This document shows, piece by piece, positions 35,595-45,496 of a stretch of DNA of 64,000 bases. Source of the stretch: an uncultured Pelagibacteraceae bacterium (GTDB taxonomy: Bacteria > Pseudomonadota > Alphaproteobacteria > Pelagibacterales > Pelagibacteraceae). The stretch is from positions 15,028 through 79,027 of the forward strand of contig CACJJV010000002.1 of NCBI GenBank assembly GCA_902593845.1, given 5' to 3'. The position numbers and the translations under genes are program-made. Under the pieces are notes generated by a model that was not told the DNA's origin, made no database searches, and saw only the letters and a list, made by a program, of their open reading frames with translations. Position 1 is the stretch's first letter, and the number at the start of each line of letters is the position of its first letter.

Positions 35595-36904
35595 TGCGTG
35601 ATAATTCACAAATTTTTTTTAATAAAAAAATTTTAATTTATGGATTAGGAAAAAGCGGCCTATCATCATTCAATTTTTTAAGAAATAAAAATGATGTATA
35701 TTTATTTGATGATAATTTTAATCTTAAAATTAATAAGTCTATTAAAAAAAGAATTCTCAATTTTAAGGAATTATTAAAAATTAAATTTGACTTAATTATA
35801 TTAAGCCCGGGAATTAATATAAAAAAATGTAAATTAAAAAATTTACTTAAAAAAAAAAATAAAAATATCTATACAGATCTAGATGTTTTTTACTCATTTT
35901 ATAGAAATGTCTCTTTTACAATAACTGGTACAAACGGCAAGTCTACCACATGTAAACTTTTGTACGATATCTTAAAAGATCAAAAAAAAGACGTAAGATT
36001 AGCAGGAAATATTGGTACACCTATACTATCTATAAATAAGTTCTCAAAAAAAACAATTTTCGTAATTGAGGCTTCGTCTTACCAATTAGAATATAGTAAA
36101 ATTTTTTCCTCAAAATTTGCTGCTATCCTTAATATTGCACCAGATCATTTAGAAAGACATGGTAATCTAAATAATTACATAAAAGCAAAATTTAAAATTT
36201 TTAATAATCAAAAAAGAGGATCAATTGGATTTGTAAATAAAAATGATCATCTAATTCAAGAAAGAATTAAAACAAAAAAGCCTAATTTTAAAATAGTAAA
36301 TGTAGATACAAAGTTAGATAATCTTATTTTGAAAAAAATTAGAAACAAATATTTTTTATCAAGATCAAATCAAGCAAATCTTTCATTTGTTTTAGAAATG
36401 ATAAAAAGATTTAATGTAAAATCAAATAAATTATTAAAAAGTATTAATAAATTTAAAGGATTGAATTATAGGCAGAAAATTATCTATAACAAAAATAAAT
36501 TAATCATAATTAATGATTCTAAATCAACAAGTTATTCTTCTTCAAAAGAATTATTAGAAATGTATGAAAATATACATTGGTTAATTGGGGGTATTCCAAA
36601 AAAAGATGATAAATTATTATTATCAAAAAAATATTTTAAAAATATTAAGATTTATGTATTTGGTAAAAACTTTAAAAAATTCTCAAAAGATTTAAAGGAA
36701 AAGACCGAGTTTCAGAAGTTTAAAAATTTAAATCTTGCACTATCAGCAATTTTTAAAAATATTCGTAAAAAAAAACATTCAAATAATACGATCCTATTTA
36801 GTCCAGCTTCCGCCTCATTTGATAGTTTTAAAAATTTTGAGGAAAGGGGCTTATATTTTAATGAATTAATCAAAAGACATTTGGATGAAAGAAAAATTAT
36901 TTAG
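35594..36904 (+). CDS. murD: UDP-MurNAc-L-Ala--D-Glu ligase
   Basis: GLGKSG, SPGI, TGTNGKSTT, DHLERH, NDSK.T, SPA.ASFD. Likely start ATG 35594. Confidence 0.95.
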   Translation: MRDNSQIFFNKKILIYGLGKSGLSSFNFLRNKNDVYLFDDNFNLKINKSIKKRILNFKELLKIKFDLIILSPGINIKKCKLKNLLKKKNKNIYTDLDVFYSFYRNVSFTITGTNGKSTTCKLLYDILKDQKKDVRLAGNIGTPILSINKFSKKTIFVIEASSYQLEYSKIFSSKFAAILNIAPDHLERHGNLNNYIKAKFKIFNNQKRGSIGFVNKNDHLIQERIKTKKPNFKIVNVDTKLDNLILKKIRNKYFLSRSNQANLSFVLEMIKRFNVKSNKLLKSINKFKGLNYRQKIIYNKNKLIIINDSKSTSYSSSKELLEMYENIHWLIGGIPKKDDKLLLSKKYFKNIKIYVFGKNFKKFSKDLKEKTEFQKFKNLNLALSAIFKNIRKKKHSNNTILFSPASASFDSFKNFEERGLYFNELIKRHLDERKII

Positions 36905-38012
36905 CTATATTTCTTTTTATCAATGGTGGAAAAGTATTGATAAACCAATTTTATCATTGATCTTACTCTTATTTTTGGTGGGTTTATTTTTTTCACTTGT
37001 ATCAACTTCTCTAATTGCATCAGATAAATTAGATACGAATACATATTTCTTTTTTTTTAAACATACAGTTTTTGTTTTTTTTGGTTTTTTTTTGATTTTT
37101 TTCTTCTCTTTTATACCTGAAAAAGAAATATATAGGATTTCAGTAATATTTTTCTGCTTGTCGTCAATTTTGTTATTACTTGTTCCCATAATTGGAGTAG
37201 AGATTAAAGGTTCAAAGAGATGGATTGATTTAGTGATATTGCCAAGAATACAACCTATTGAGTTTGTAAAGCCTTTTTTAATTGTAATAATAAGTATGAT
37301 AATTTGCTCTCAAAAATATAATAATTTTAATTTGAAATACTTCTTATCCTTTTTATTAACTATGTTGATATCAGGTCTTTTGATGCTTCAGCCAGACATT
37401 GGTCAAACTCTTTTAATAGGTTTTATTTGGTTAGTTTTGATTTTTATTTCTGGTATTAGTATATTTTTTTTGAGCCTAGTTTTTTTGATTTCTTTAACTG
37501 GGATAGTATTCATCATTAATCACTTTACACAATTTAAATACATAAAAGATAGATTATTTTCTTTTTTTAATCCTGAAACGGGTTCTCATAACTTTCAATC
37601 AGATAAAGCATTAGAATCTATAATAAGCGGAGGTTTCTTTGGTAAAGGTATTGGAGAAGGAACACTAAAAAACAGAGTCCCTGAAGCTCATACTGACTAC
37701 ATTATTTCAGTAATTTCAGAAGAGTTTGGAGTAATCTTCATAATGTTAATTTTATTGACTTACCTTGTATTAATATTTTCAGTTCTGAAAAAAGTTTACA
37801 AAGAAAATGATAAAACGATCAAATTAATACTAACTGGATCTATTAGTTTAATACTGATGCAAGCGATGATTCATATAGGAGTAAATATTAGATTATTTCC
37901 AACTACAGGAATGACTTTACCATTTTTAAGTTATGGGGGATCATCGATTATAAGTATTTCTATTATGTCTGGTATAATTTTGAATTTAACAAAAAGAAAA
38001 ATAATCGAATGA
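36885..38012 (+). CDS. ftsW: SEDS peptidoglycan glycosyltransferase FtsW
   Basis: GSKRWI, QP.EF.K, QPD.G, PEAHTD, G.TLPF.SYGGSS. Confidence 0.96.
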   Translation: MKEKLFSYISFYQWWKSIDKPILSLILLLFLVGLFFSLVSTSLIASDKLDTNTYFFFFKHTVFVFFGFFLIFFFSFIPEKEIYRISVIFFCLSSILLLLVPIIGVEIKGSKRWIDLVILPRIQPIEFVKPFLIVIISMIICSQKYNNFNLKYFLSFLLTMLISGLLMLQPDIGQTLLIGFIWLVLIFISGISIFFLSLVFLISLTGIVFIINHFTQFKYIKDRLFSFFNPETGSHNFQSDKALESIISGGFFGKGIGEGTLKNRVPEAHTDYIISVISEEFGVIFIMLILLTYLVLIFSVLKKVYKENDKTIKLILTGSISLILMQAMIHIGVNIRLFPTTGMTLPFLSYGGSSIISISIMSGIILNLTKRKIIE

Positions 38013-39073
38013 AAAACATTTTAATTTCAACAGGAGGATCAGGAGGACATGTAGTACCAGCAAAAATTCTACGTGAACATTTACATTCAAATTTTAATGT
38101 TTTTATTTCTACTGACTCAAGAGGGTTGAAATATCTAGATGACAAAAAAAATGATATTATTTTGATCGATACACCCAAATTAAAACTTAATATATTTTTT
38201 ATCTTTAAAATATTCCATATAATTTATTTAGCGACTAAAACAGTATTAATATTAAAAAAAAATAAGATTAATATTGTTTTTTCAACAGGGGGATATATGT
38301 CATTGCCTGTTTGTTTTGGCGCAAAATTATTAGGAATAAAGATATACTTACTAGAACCTAATATTGTTTTAGGTAGAGCTAATAGAATCTTTTTGAGTTT
38401 TTGTAATAAAATTTTTACTTATACAAGAAACTTAAAAAACTTTCCTGAAAAACTTAAATATAAAATTCAAATAATATCTCCACTAGTAAAAAAAAATTTT
38501 TATGAGAAAAGAGAAATTAAAACAGAAAATAAAGTATTCTGTCTTTTAGTTGTTGGTGGAAGTCAAGGAGCAAAGATTTTTGATAATGTTGTAAAAAATG
38601 TTATCGTAAATTTGTCAAAAAAAAATAAAATTAAAATCATCCAACAAACTCATAAAAGTAATACTTATAATTTAAAGAATATTTATGATGAGGCTGAAAT
38701 CGAAAATACTATTTTTGATTTTGAGGAAAATTTAGCAGATTTGATTAATCAATCAGACCTATGTATTACACGTGCTGGTGCATCTACTTTAGCGGAATTA
38801 TCAATTATGAATAAACCATTTTTAACAATTCCTCTAATTTCAGCAAAAGACAACCATCAATTCGAAAATGCAAATTTTTATCAAAATTTAGGCTGTTGTT
38901 GGATTATGAGTCAAGAAGACTTCAATGAGGTTAATTTAGAAAAATTTTTAGATAATATTATTATGAATAAGTCTGAGTACAATATTAAAAAAAATAATTT
39001 AGAAAAACATAATTTCCAAAACTCATGGAATGATATAAACCAAAAAATATTGGAAACTATTAATGAAAATTGA
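38009..39073 (+). CDS. murG: Lipid II GlcNAc transferase
   Basis: GGSGGHV.P, GGY.S.P, GGSQGA, RAGAST, HQ..NA. Confidence 0.96.
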   Translation: MKNILISTGGSGGHVVPAKILREHLHSNFNVFISTDSRGLKYLDDKKNDIILIDTPKLKLNIFFIFKIFHIIYLATKTVLILKKNKINIVFSTGGYMSLPVCFGAKLLGIKIYLLEPNIVLGRANRIFLSFCNKIFTYTRNLKNFPEKLKYKIQIISPLVKKNFYEKREIKTENKVFCLLVVGGSQGAKIFDNVVKNVIVNLSKKNKIKIIQQTHKSNTYNLKNIYDEAEIENTIFDFEENLADLINQSDLCITRAGASTLAELSIMNKPFLTIPLISAKDNHQFENANFYQNLGCCWIMSQEDFNEVNLEKFLDNIIMNKSEYNIKKNNLEKHNFQNSWNDINQKILETINEN

Positions 39074-40457
39074 ATTAGCTAAAAAGGAAATTATCCACTT
39101 TATAGGTATTGGTGGAATAGGTATGAGTGGTCTCGCATTGATTATGAAGGCAAAAGGTTTTCAAATTCAAGGAAGCGATATTAATAAGAACAAAAATATT
39201 GAAAAATTAAAAAAACAGGGCGTCAGAATTTTTATTGGTCACAAAAAGCAAAATATAAAAGATGTTACAATTTTAGTGACCTCCTCTGCAATTAAAAAAA
39301 ATAATCCAGAATTACTAGAGGCTAAAAGAAAAAAATTACCAGTGATAAAAAGAGGGAAGATGTTAGCAAATCTTGTTTCTTTAATGAAAAATATTGTTGT
39401 AGTTGGCTCCCATGGTAAAACAACAACGACATCTTTAGTAAGTTCTATTTTTGAAAACACAAAGTTAGATCCTACAATAATCAATGGAGGCATAATAAAT
39501 TCAATAAAGAGTACTGCAAAATTAGGTATGAGTGACTGGTCTATATTAGAAGCAGATGAGTCAGATGGAAGCTTTACTCATATCTCGCCTACATATTCGA
39601 TTATAACCAACATAGATAGAGAACACATGGATTTTTATAAATCTATGAAGGATTTAAAAAATCATTTTTTACACTTTGTAAAAAAAGTTCCATCATTTGG
39701 AAAATCTTTTATTTGTATTGATGATAAAATTAACAATGAATTAATAAAAGATATCAAAAATAAAAATTTTTTTACTTATGGAATCAAGCCTAACGCTAAT
39801 TTTCTTATCAAAAATATAATTCAAGAAAAACTTTTCTCAAAATTTGATTTATCTATAAATTTACCGAATAAAAAAAAAATTATTTTAAAAAACCTTCAGA
39901 TCCCATTATTAGGTGTTCATAATATAAGAAATTCTACAGCTGCAATTGCAGTTGCTCTTACTGTCGGAATTCCAGTGTCTAATATTAAAAAAGGTCTTAA
40001 AAACTTTAAAGGTGTCCAGCGAAGATTTAATAAAATATTTACATTCAATGGAGTTGATTTTTATGATGATTATGCTCATCATCCAACAGAAATAAAATCT
40101 GTGTTAGAAGGAGTAAAAAAAGTTTTTGATAAGTTTGAAAGAGTGTGTATTTTTCAACCACATAGAATATCAAGATTACAAGATTTAAGAAATGAATTTA
40201 CTCATTGCTTCAGAGATGCAGACACTATTATATTATGTCCCATTTTTACTGCTGGAGAAAAAATAAAATTGGGTTTTAATTATAATGATTTTGCAAAAGG
40301 AATAATAAAAAATTCTAAAGTAAAACTATTTATGGTCAAAAATAATATTGAATTAGCCAAATTTCTTAAACAAAATATTTATGGAAAAAAGATCGTCATA
40401 GGAATGGGCGCTGGCTCAATCTCAAATTGGATGAAAAAATTACCTGAATTAATGTAA
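39063..40457 (+). CDS. murC: UDP-MurNAc--L-Ala ligase
   Basis: GIGGIGMSG, GSHGKTTTT, EADESD, DDYAHHPTE. Confidence 0.98.
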   Translation: MKIELAKKEIIHFIGIGGIGMSGLALIMKAKGFQIQGSDINKNKNIEKLKKQGVRIFIGHKKQNIKDVTILVTSSAIKKNNPELLEAKRKKLPVIKRGKMLANLVSLMKNIVVVGSHGKTTTTSLVSSIFENTKLDPTIINGGIINSIKSTAKLGMSDWSILEADESDGSFTHISPTYSIITNIDREHMDFYKSMKDLKNHFLHFVKKVPSFGKSFICIDDKINNELIKDIKNKNFFTYGIKPNANFLIKNIIQEKLFSKFDLSINLPNKKKIILKNLQIPLLGVHNIRNSTAAIAVALTVGIPVSNIKKGLKNFKGVQRRFNKIFTFNGVDFYDDYAHHPTEIKSVLEGVKKVFDKFERVCIFQPHRISRLQDLRNEFTHCFRDADTIILCPIFTAGEKIKLGFNYNDFAKGIIKNSKVKLFMVKNNIELAKFLKQNIYGKKIVIGMGAGSISNWMKKLPELM

Positions 40458-41365
40458 TGAAAATACCTCAGCTTAAGAACTTACTAAAAGATTTTGATAA
40501 AAATATAATTTATGGTCAAGATTTAAAGAAAAAAAATTGGTTTAATATTGGGGGAAAGTCAAAAGTTTTTTATAAGGCTGAAAATTTAAAGGAATTAATA
40601 AAATTTTTAAAATTGCTCGATAATAAGGAAAAAATCTTTGTTATCGGTGCGGGATCTAATATTTTAATTTCAGATAATATTTTTGATGGAGTTGTAATAA
40701 AGCTTAGTAAAAATTTTAATCGAATATCTTTATTGAAGGAAGATGTAATTATTTCTGGTAGTGCCGTTTTAGATAAAAGTTTATCTGAGTTTGCCACTGA
40801 GAATCATTTGAGTGGGTTTGAATTTTTATCCTGTATTCCCGGGTCAATTGGAGGAGGAATTAAGATGAATGCTGGATGTTTTGGTAAAGAATTCAAAGAT
40901 ATTCTTCTTTCAATTCAAGCAATAGATCAAAAAGGTAATTTGTTAACAATTCCGTCAAATGAAATAAATTTTGATTATAGAAAAAACGATTTGCCTGAGG
41001 ATTTAATTTTTTTAAGCGCTTCTTTTAAAGGGGTAAAAAGTGATTTTAGTAAAGTAAATAACGAAGTAAAAAAAATGAAATCTTTGAAAGAGAAAAATCA
41101 ACCAATGAAAATTAAAACTGGTGGAAGCACTTTTAAAAACCCAATAAATCAAACGAATAAAAAAGTTTGGGAGTTGATAAGAGAATCGGTTTCTATTGAC
41201 ACCAGGTTTGGGGATGCACATATATCAGAAAAACATTCAAATTTTTTTGTGAATAAAGGCAATGCAACATTTAATGATATGAAAAATTTAATTGATTTTG
41301 TTTCCCAAAAAGTTTTAGAAAAAACTGGTATAAAATTAGATAAAGAAATTAAGATATTGGAATAA
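40457..41365 (+). CDS. murB: UDP-N-acetylenolpyruvoylglucosamine reductase
   Basis: G.GSN.L, IPG..GG...MNAG, GSTFKNP, KH.NF. Confidence 0.96.
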   Translation: MKIPQLKNLLKDFDKNIIYGQDLKKKNWFNIGGKSKVFYKAENLKELIKFLKLLDNKEKIFVIGAGSNILISDNIFDGVVIKLSKNFNRISLLKEDVIISGSAVLDKSLSEFATENHLSGFEFLSCIPGSIGGGIKMNAGCFGKEFKDILLSIQAIDQKGNLLTIPSNEINFDYRKNDLPEDLIFLSASFKGVKSDFSKVNNEVKKMKSLKEKNQPMKIKTGGSTFKNPINQTNKKVWELIRESVSIDTRFGDAHISEKHSNFFVNKGNATFNDMKNLIDFVSQKVLEKTGIKLDKEIKILE

Positions 41366-41366
41366 T

Positions 41367-42281
41367 TTGAAAAAAAAAATTTTGATAATTTCTGGTGGTA
41401 TTTCTAAGGAGAGAATCATTAGCTTAGAGACTGGAAAACAGGTTGCTAAAGAACTAAAAAAAAATAATTATCTAGTAAGAACATGTGAACCAGATAAAGA
41501 TTTACTATATGCAATAAAAGACTTCAAACCTAATTGCATCTTCAATGCTCTACATGGCCAGTTTGGTGAAGATGGATACATACAAACAATCTTAGAAACA
41601 ATAGGAATACCCTATACTCATTCGGGTGTTATTGCCTCTGCCAAGGCAATGGATAAAGAAATTTCGAAAAAAATATTTTTAAAAAATAAAATTTTGACAC
41701 CTAAATATTTTATTTATAATTTTAATAAAACAAATAAGGAACTCATAAGTTTTGTAAAAAAAAAATTTAATTTTCCAGTTGTAATTAAACCAATTAATGA
41801 AGGTTCTAGTGTGAATGTGTACATATGCACTAAAAATAATTTAATAAAAAACTTAAAATTCTTAAAAGATTACAAAAAAGTAATGATTGAACAATTTATT
41901 CCTGGACGAGAAATTCAATCAGCCATAATTGGCAAGAAGAAACTTGGAGCAATCGAGCTAAAACCTAAGAGAAAATTTTATGATTATCAAGCAAAGTATA
42001 ATTCTAATGCTAAGACAGAACATATCATTCCAGTAGATTTATCAAAAAAAAAATACAAAGCTTTGATGAACATAACTTTAAAAGCACATAATTTGATTGG
42101 ATGTAGAGGAGTTACAAGATCAGATTTTAAATATTTTAAGGGTAAATTTTATCTTTTAGAAATTAATACACAGCCTGGTATGACAAAACTATCTTTGGTT
42201 CCAGAGATATCAGCGTATATTGGAATTAATTTCATAAATCTAATTAAGCTAATTTTAAAAGATGCATCTATTAATAAGTAA
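41367..42281 (+). CDS. ddl: D-alanine--D-alanine ligase
   Basis: GG.S.ER..S, LHG..GEDG, EGSS, YDY.AKY, EINTQPG. Confidence 0.97.
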   Translation: MKKKILIISGGISKERIISLETGKQVAKELKKNNYLVRTCEPDKDLLYAIKDFKPNCIFNALHGQFGEDGYIQTILETIGIPYTHSGVIASAKAMDKEISKKIFLKNKILTPKYFIYNFNKTNKELISFVKKKFNFPVVIKPINEGSSVNVYICTKNNLIKNLKFLKDYKKVMIEQFIPGREIQSAIIGKKKLGAIELKPKRKFYDYQAKYNSNAKTEHIIPVDLSKKKYKALMNITLKAHNLIGCRGVTRSDFKYFKGKFYLLEINTQPGMTKLSLVPEISAYIGINFINLIKLILKDASINK

Positions 42282-42936
42282 AAAAATTATAATTTACTTA
42301 TTACTATTTTGTTTCCTTGTATCAATAAACAATATTTCATTGATGAATTTTAATTTTCCAAAAATCAATAAAATAGAGATTGTTGGTCTCAATCTAAATG
42401 AAAGAAAAAAAATCGAAAGTATTATTAATGATGCAAATTTTAAAAATATTTTTCATATAGATAAACAATATTTAAAAAAAAAAATTGATTCAATTAATAT
42501 TATTGAGCATTTTGAAATTTTTAAAAATTATCCCTCAACTTTAAAAATATTTATAAAGGAAACAAAAATACTTGCACAAACAAAAAAAAATGGTTCTAAT
42601 TATTTTATTGGATCAAATGGAAAATTAATTCTGAACGATTTTTCAAGTTCTAGTTTGCCATTTGTGTTTGGTGATTTAAATGTTGAAGAATTTATAAATT
42701 TTAAGAATGAAGTCGATAAATCAAACTTTGATTTTAAAAAAATAATTAAACTATATTATTTTAAATCAAAAAGATGGGATATTGAAACATCAAAGGGATA
42801 TTTGATAAAATTATCGAGAAATGATGTTAAAAAAGATCTAAACTTGTTTGTTCGTTTATCTAATGAAGATAAATTTAAGAATAAATTAGTAATTGATTTC
42901 CGTCAAAAAGATCAAATAATATTAAATGGTAAATAA
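42262..42936 (+). CDS. ftsQ: Cell division protein FtsQ (divergent)
   Basis: N-terminal TM, POTRA-like region (K.YP.TL.I.I.E), RWD, ID.R; follows ddl. Confidence 0.8.
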   Translation: MHLLISKKIIIYLLLFCFLVSINNISLMNFNFPKINKIEIVGLNLNERKKIESIINDANFKNIFHIDKQYLKKKIDSINIIEHFEIFKNYPSTLKIFIKETKILAQTKKNGSNYFIGSNGKLILNDFSSSSLPFVFGDLNVEEFINFKNEVDKSNFDFKKIIKLYYFKSKRWDIETSKGYLIKLSRNDVKKDLNLFVRLSNEDKFKNKLVIDFRQKDQIILNGK

Positions 42937-43627
42937 TTTAGAAAATAAAATTTTTCTTTTTTTAGGAATTAATAAATTTACGATTGTTGCAATAAATTCC
43001 ACTAATGAGTTTGTTTATAAAGGAGAAACATTAACAAATAATCAAAATAATCAAATCGAGTTAGATTTTTTAGATAATTTCCTTAATGAAAATATTTTTA
43101 AGATAGAAAAAAAACTTAATGAATTTGTCAAAAATATTTTTTTGATTATTGATCATCAGAATATTTTTTCAATTCGTTTATCTATCAAAAATAAATTTGA
43201 TAATATTATTATTAATTCTAATTCCATAGATAAATTAATATTAGAAGCAAAAACTTGCTGTAACAAAACCCTAGAAGATCTTGATATTCTTCACATGAAG
43301 ATTGATAGATTTTATATTGATGGAACTTACTTTGAAACTTTACCGGAAAAAAAAAAATGTAATAATCTTTCTATTGAAGTCAGTTATATATGTATACCTA
43401 AAAGGATCACAAAAATTATTGAAGATGTTCTTAGAAAATACCAAATATCTTTGGATAAAATATTGAGCTTAGATTATCTAAATAGTTTTTTAGACGATAA
43501 AAATGATAATTTGTATGTAATGGCGCAAAAAATCTTAAATGGTTTTAACCATAATGAGGTGTATATCACAGATAAATACTCAAAAAAATTAGGATTTTTT
43601 GAGAGATTCTTTAATTTTTTTAACTAG
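42926..43627 (+). CDS. Shortened, divergent FtsA-like protein (subdomains 1A/1C plus membrane-targeting helix)
   Basis: Occupies the ftsA slot; ILH..IDRF.IDG resembles subdomain 1C; C-terminal amphipathic GFFERFFNFFN; only 233 aa. Confidence 0.7.
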   Translation: MVNNLENKIFLFLGINKFTIVAINSTNEFVYKGETLTNNQNNQIELDFLDNFLNENIFKIEKKLNEFVKNIFLIIDHQNIFSIRLSIKNKFDNIIINSNSIDKLILEAKTCCNKTLEDLDILHMKIDRFYIDGTYFETLPEKKKCNNLSIEVSYICIPKRITKIIEDVLRKYQISLDKILSLDYLNSFLDDKNDNLYVMAQKILNGFNHNEVYITDKYSKKLGFFERFFNFFN

Positions 43628-43690
43628 CTCGTATTTTCTTGTAATATTTGTTGTTTTTAAATTTAAAGATTACCAGACTAAAAGTTTTGC

Positions 43691-44611
43691 GTGTCTTTAT
43701 TAAATCAAAAAACTATTAAAAATCCTGTATCCTTCAGTGGGATAGGTCTTCATTCGGGAAAACCAGCTAAGATTTGTGTCAAACCATCAAGTCCAGACAC
43801 TGGGATTGTATTCAAAAGAATAGATCTAAAAGACAACAATCTAATTTACCCAAACTTTATGAATGTAAGTAATACAGCTTTGAACACCACTATCAGTAAT
43901 AGTGATGGAGTGAAAGTTTCTACTATTGAGCATTTAATGGGTGCTTTATTTGGAATTGGAATTGATAATGCGTTGATTGAAATTGATAATGAGGAAGTAC
44001 CAATTTTAGATGGTTCAGCGAAAATTTTTATAGAAGAAATATTAACCACAGGTTTAGAGCTAAGTAATAAACCTATTAAAATAATTAAGATCCATAAAAA
44101 AATTGAATTCAAAAATGGTGATAAATTTATTTCAATTGAACCTTCAAAATTAAGTTTGGATATCGATTTTGAATTAAAATATCAAAATCAAATTATTGGA
44201 AATCAAAGAAATAAAAAAAATGTTTATGAGGATGATCTAACAGAAATTTTCGAATCAAGAACTTTCTGTCTTTACGAAGACATAGAGAAAATCAAAAAAA
44301 ATGGTCTTGCCAAAGGTGGAAGTTTAGAAAATGCGGTCGTTGTTAAAGGTGGGGAAGTGTTAAATTCAGAGGGTTTAAGAAATTCAAAAGAATTTGTAAA
44401 TCATAAGATATTAGATTGCATTGGTGATCTTTATACATCTGGATACAGAATGATAGCTAGTATTAATTGTTCTCAAGGAGGACACTATTTAACAAACAGC
44501 TTATTAAGAAAAGTATTCAATAATAAAGATAATTTTTCTATAATAGAAATTCAAGAAAGAACACTACCTCATACTTTAATAAATAGAAGTTTGCTAAGAT
44601 CAATAGCATAA
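43691..44611 (+). CDS. lpxC: UDP-3-O-acyl-GlcNAc deacetylase
   Basis: G.GLHSG, TIEHL, E.PI.DGS, RTF, HK.LD..GD. Confidence 0.98.
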   Translation: MSLLNQKTIKNPVSFSGIGLHSGKPAKICVKPSSPDTGIVFKRIDLKDNNLIYPNFMNVSNTALNTTISNSDGVKVSTIEHLMGALFGIGIDNALIEIDNEEVPILDGSAKIFIEEILTTGLELSNKPIKIIKIHKKIEFKNGDKFISIEPSKLSLDIDFELKYQNQIIGNQRNKKNVYEDDLTEIFESRTFCLYEDIEKIKKNGLAKGGSLENAVVVKGGEVLNSEGLRNSKEFVNHKILDCIGDLYTSGYRMIASINCSQGGHYLTNSLLRKVFNNKDNFSIIEIQERTLPHTLINRSLLRSIA

Positions 44612-44659
44612 ATAAAATTCATCCTTATAATTTTGTCTAAAATATATATAGTTTGAAAA

Positions 44660-45493
44660 ATGCATAAATTTAAAATAATTCTTATCATTTTTTCTCTAAT
44701 ATTTTTATATTCATGTAGTAAAAAAACTGAAAACATTAAAGTAATAAAAGAGACTGATCAAAAAATGGAGATGATCTCTGCTTATGAAAATGGTATGGAT
44801 TTATTCGAAATTGGTGATTATTTTGCTTCGAGTAAAAAATTTTTAGAGGCTGAAATTTTATTCCCACAATCTGAATGGGCACCTAAATCGGTTTTAATGG
44901 CTTCTTATTCTTATTACATGCAAAGTTATTACACTTTGGCCATTGAAAATATCAAAAGATATTTTAAAACCTATCCTAATGACAAAAATAAGGCTTATGC
45001 ACATTATCTTTTAGCGATATGTTATTATGAGACAATTGAGGGTGAAAAAAAAGATCTAGCTCCACTACTTCTATCTAAAAAAGAATTTAATTTTGTAATC
45101 AAAAACTTTCCTAATACTGATTATGCTTACGATGCAAAATTTAAGATCGATTTGATTAATGATATACTTGCTGCAAAAGAAGTCTATATTGGTAGACATT
45201 ATATAAAGAAAAAAAAATGGATTCCCGCTCTTAATAGATTTAAGAATGTTTTAAAAGAATACGAGACTACAATTCATGTAGAAGAGGCGATACATAGATT
45301 AGTAGAAATTTATTACAAATTAGGCATGGAGGAAGAGTCACTAAAATATGCTTCATTATTAGGTTATAATTATAATTCAGGAGAATGGTATAAAGAAACT
45401 TATAAAATTTTTAATAGGAAATATGAAATTTCAGCTCCGGAAAAGAAAAAAGAAAAAAGTAAAATATTAGGAAAAATTAAGAGTCTTTTTTAA
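44660..45493 (+). CDS. bamD: Outer membrane protein assembly factor BamD
   Basis: Lipobox LYSC, TPR repeats, LA.KE..IGR.Y; follows lpxC. Confidence 0.92.
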   Translation: MHKFKIILIIFSLIFLYSCSKKTENIKVIKETDQKMEMISAYENGMDLFEIGDYFASSKKFLEAEILFPQSEWAPKSVLMASYSYYMQSYYTLAIENIKRYFKTYPNDKNKAYAHYLLAICYYETIEGEKKDLAPLLLSKKEFNFVIKNFPNTDYAYDAKFKIDLINDILAAKEVYIGRHYIKKKKWIPALNRFKNVLKEYETTIHVEEAIHRLVEIYYKLGMEEESLKYASLLGYNYNSGEWYKETYKIFNRKYEISAPEKKKEKSKILGKIKSLF

Positions 45494-45496
45494 AAA

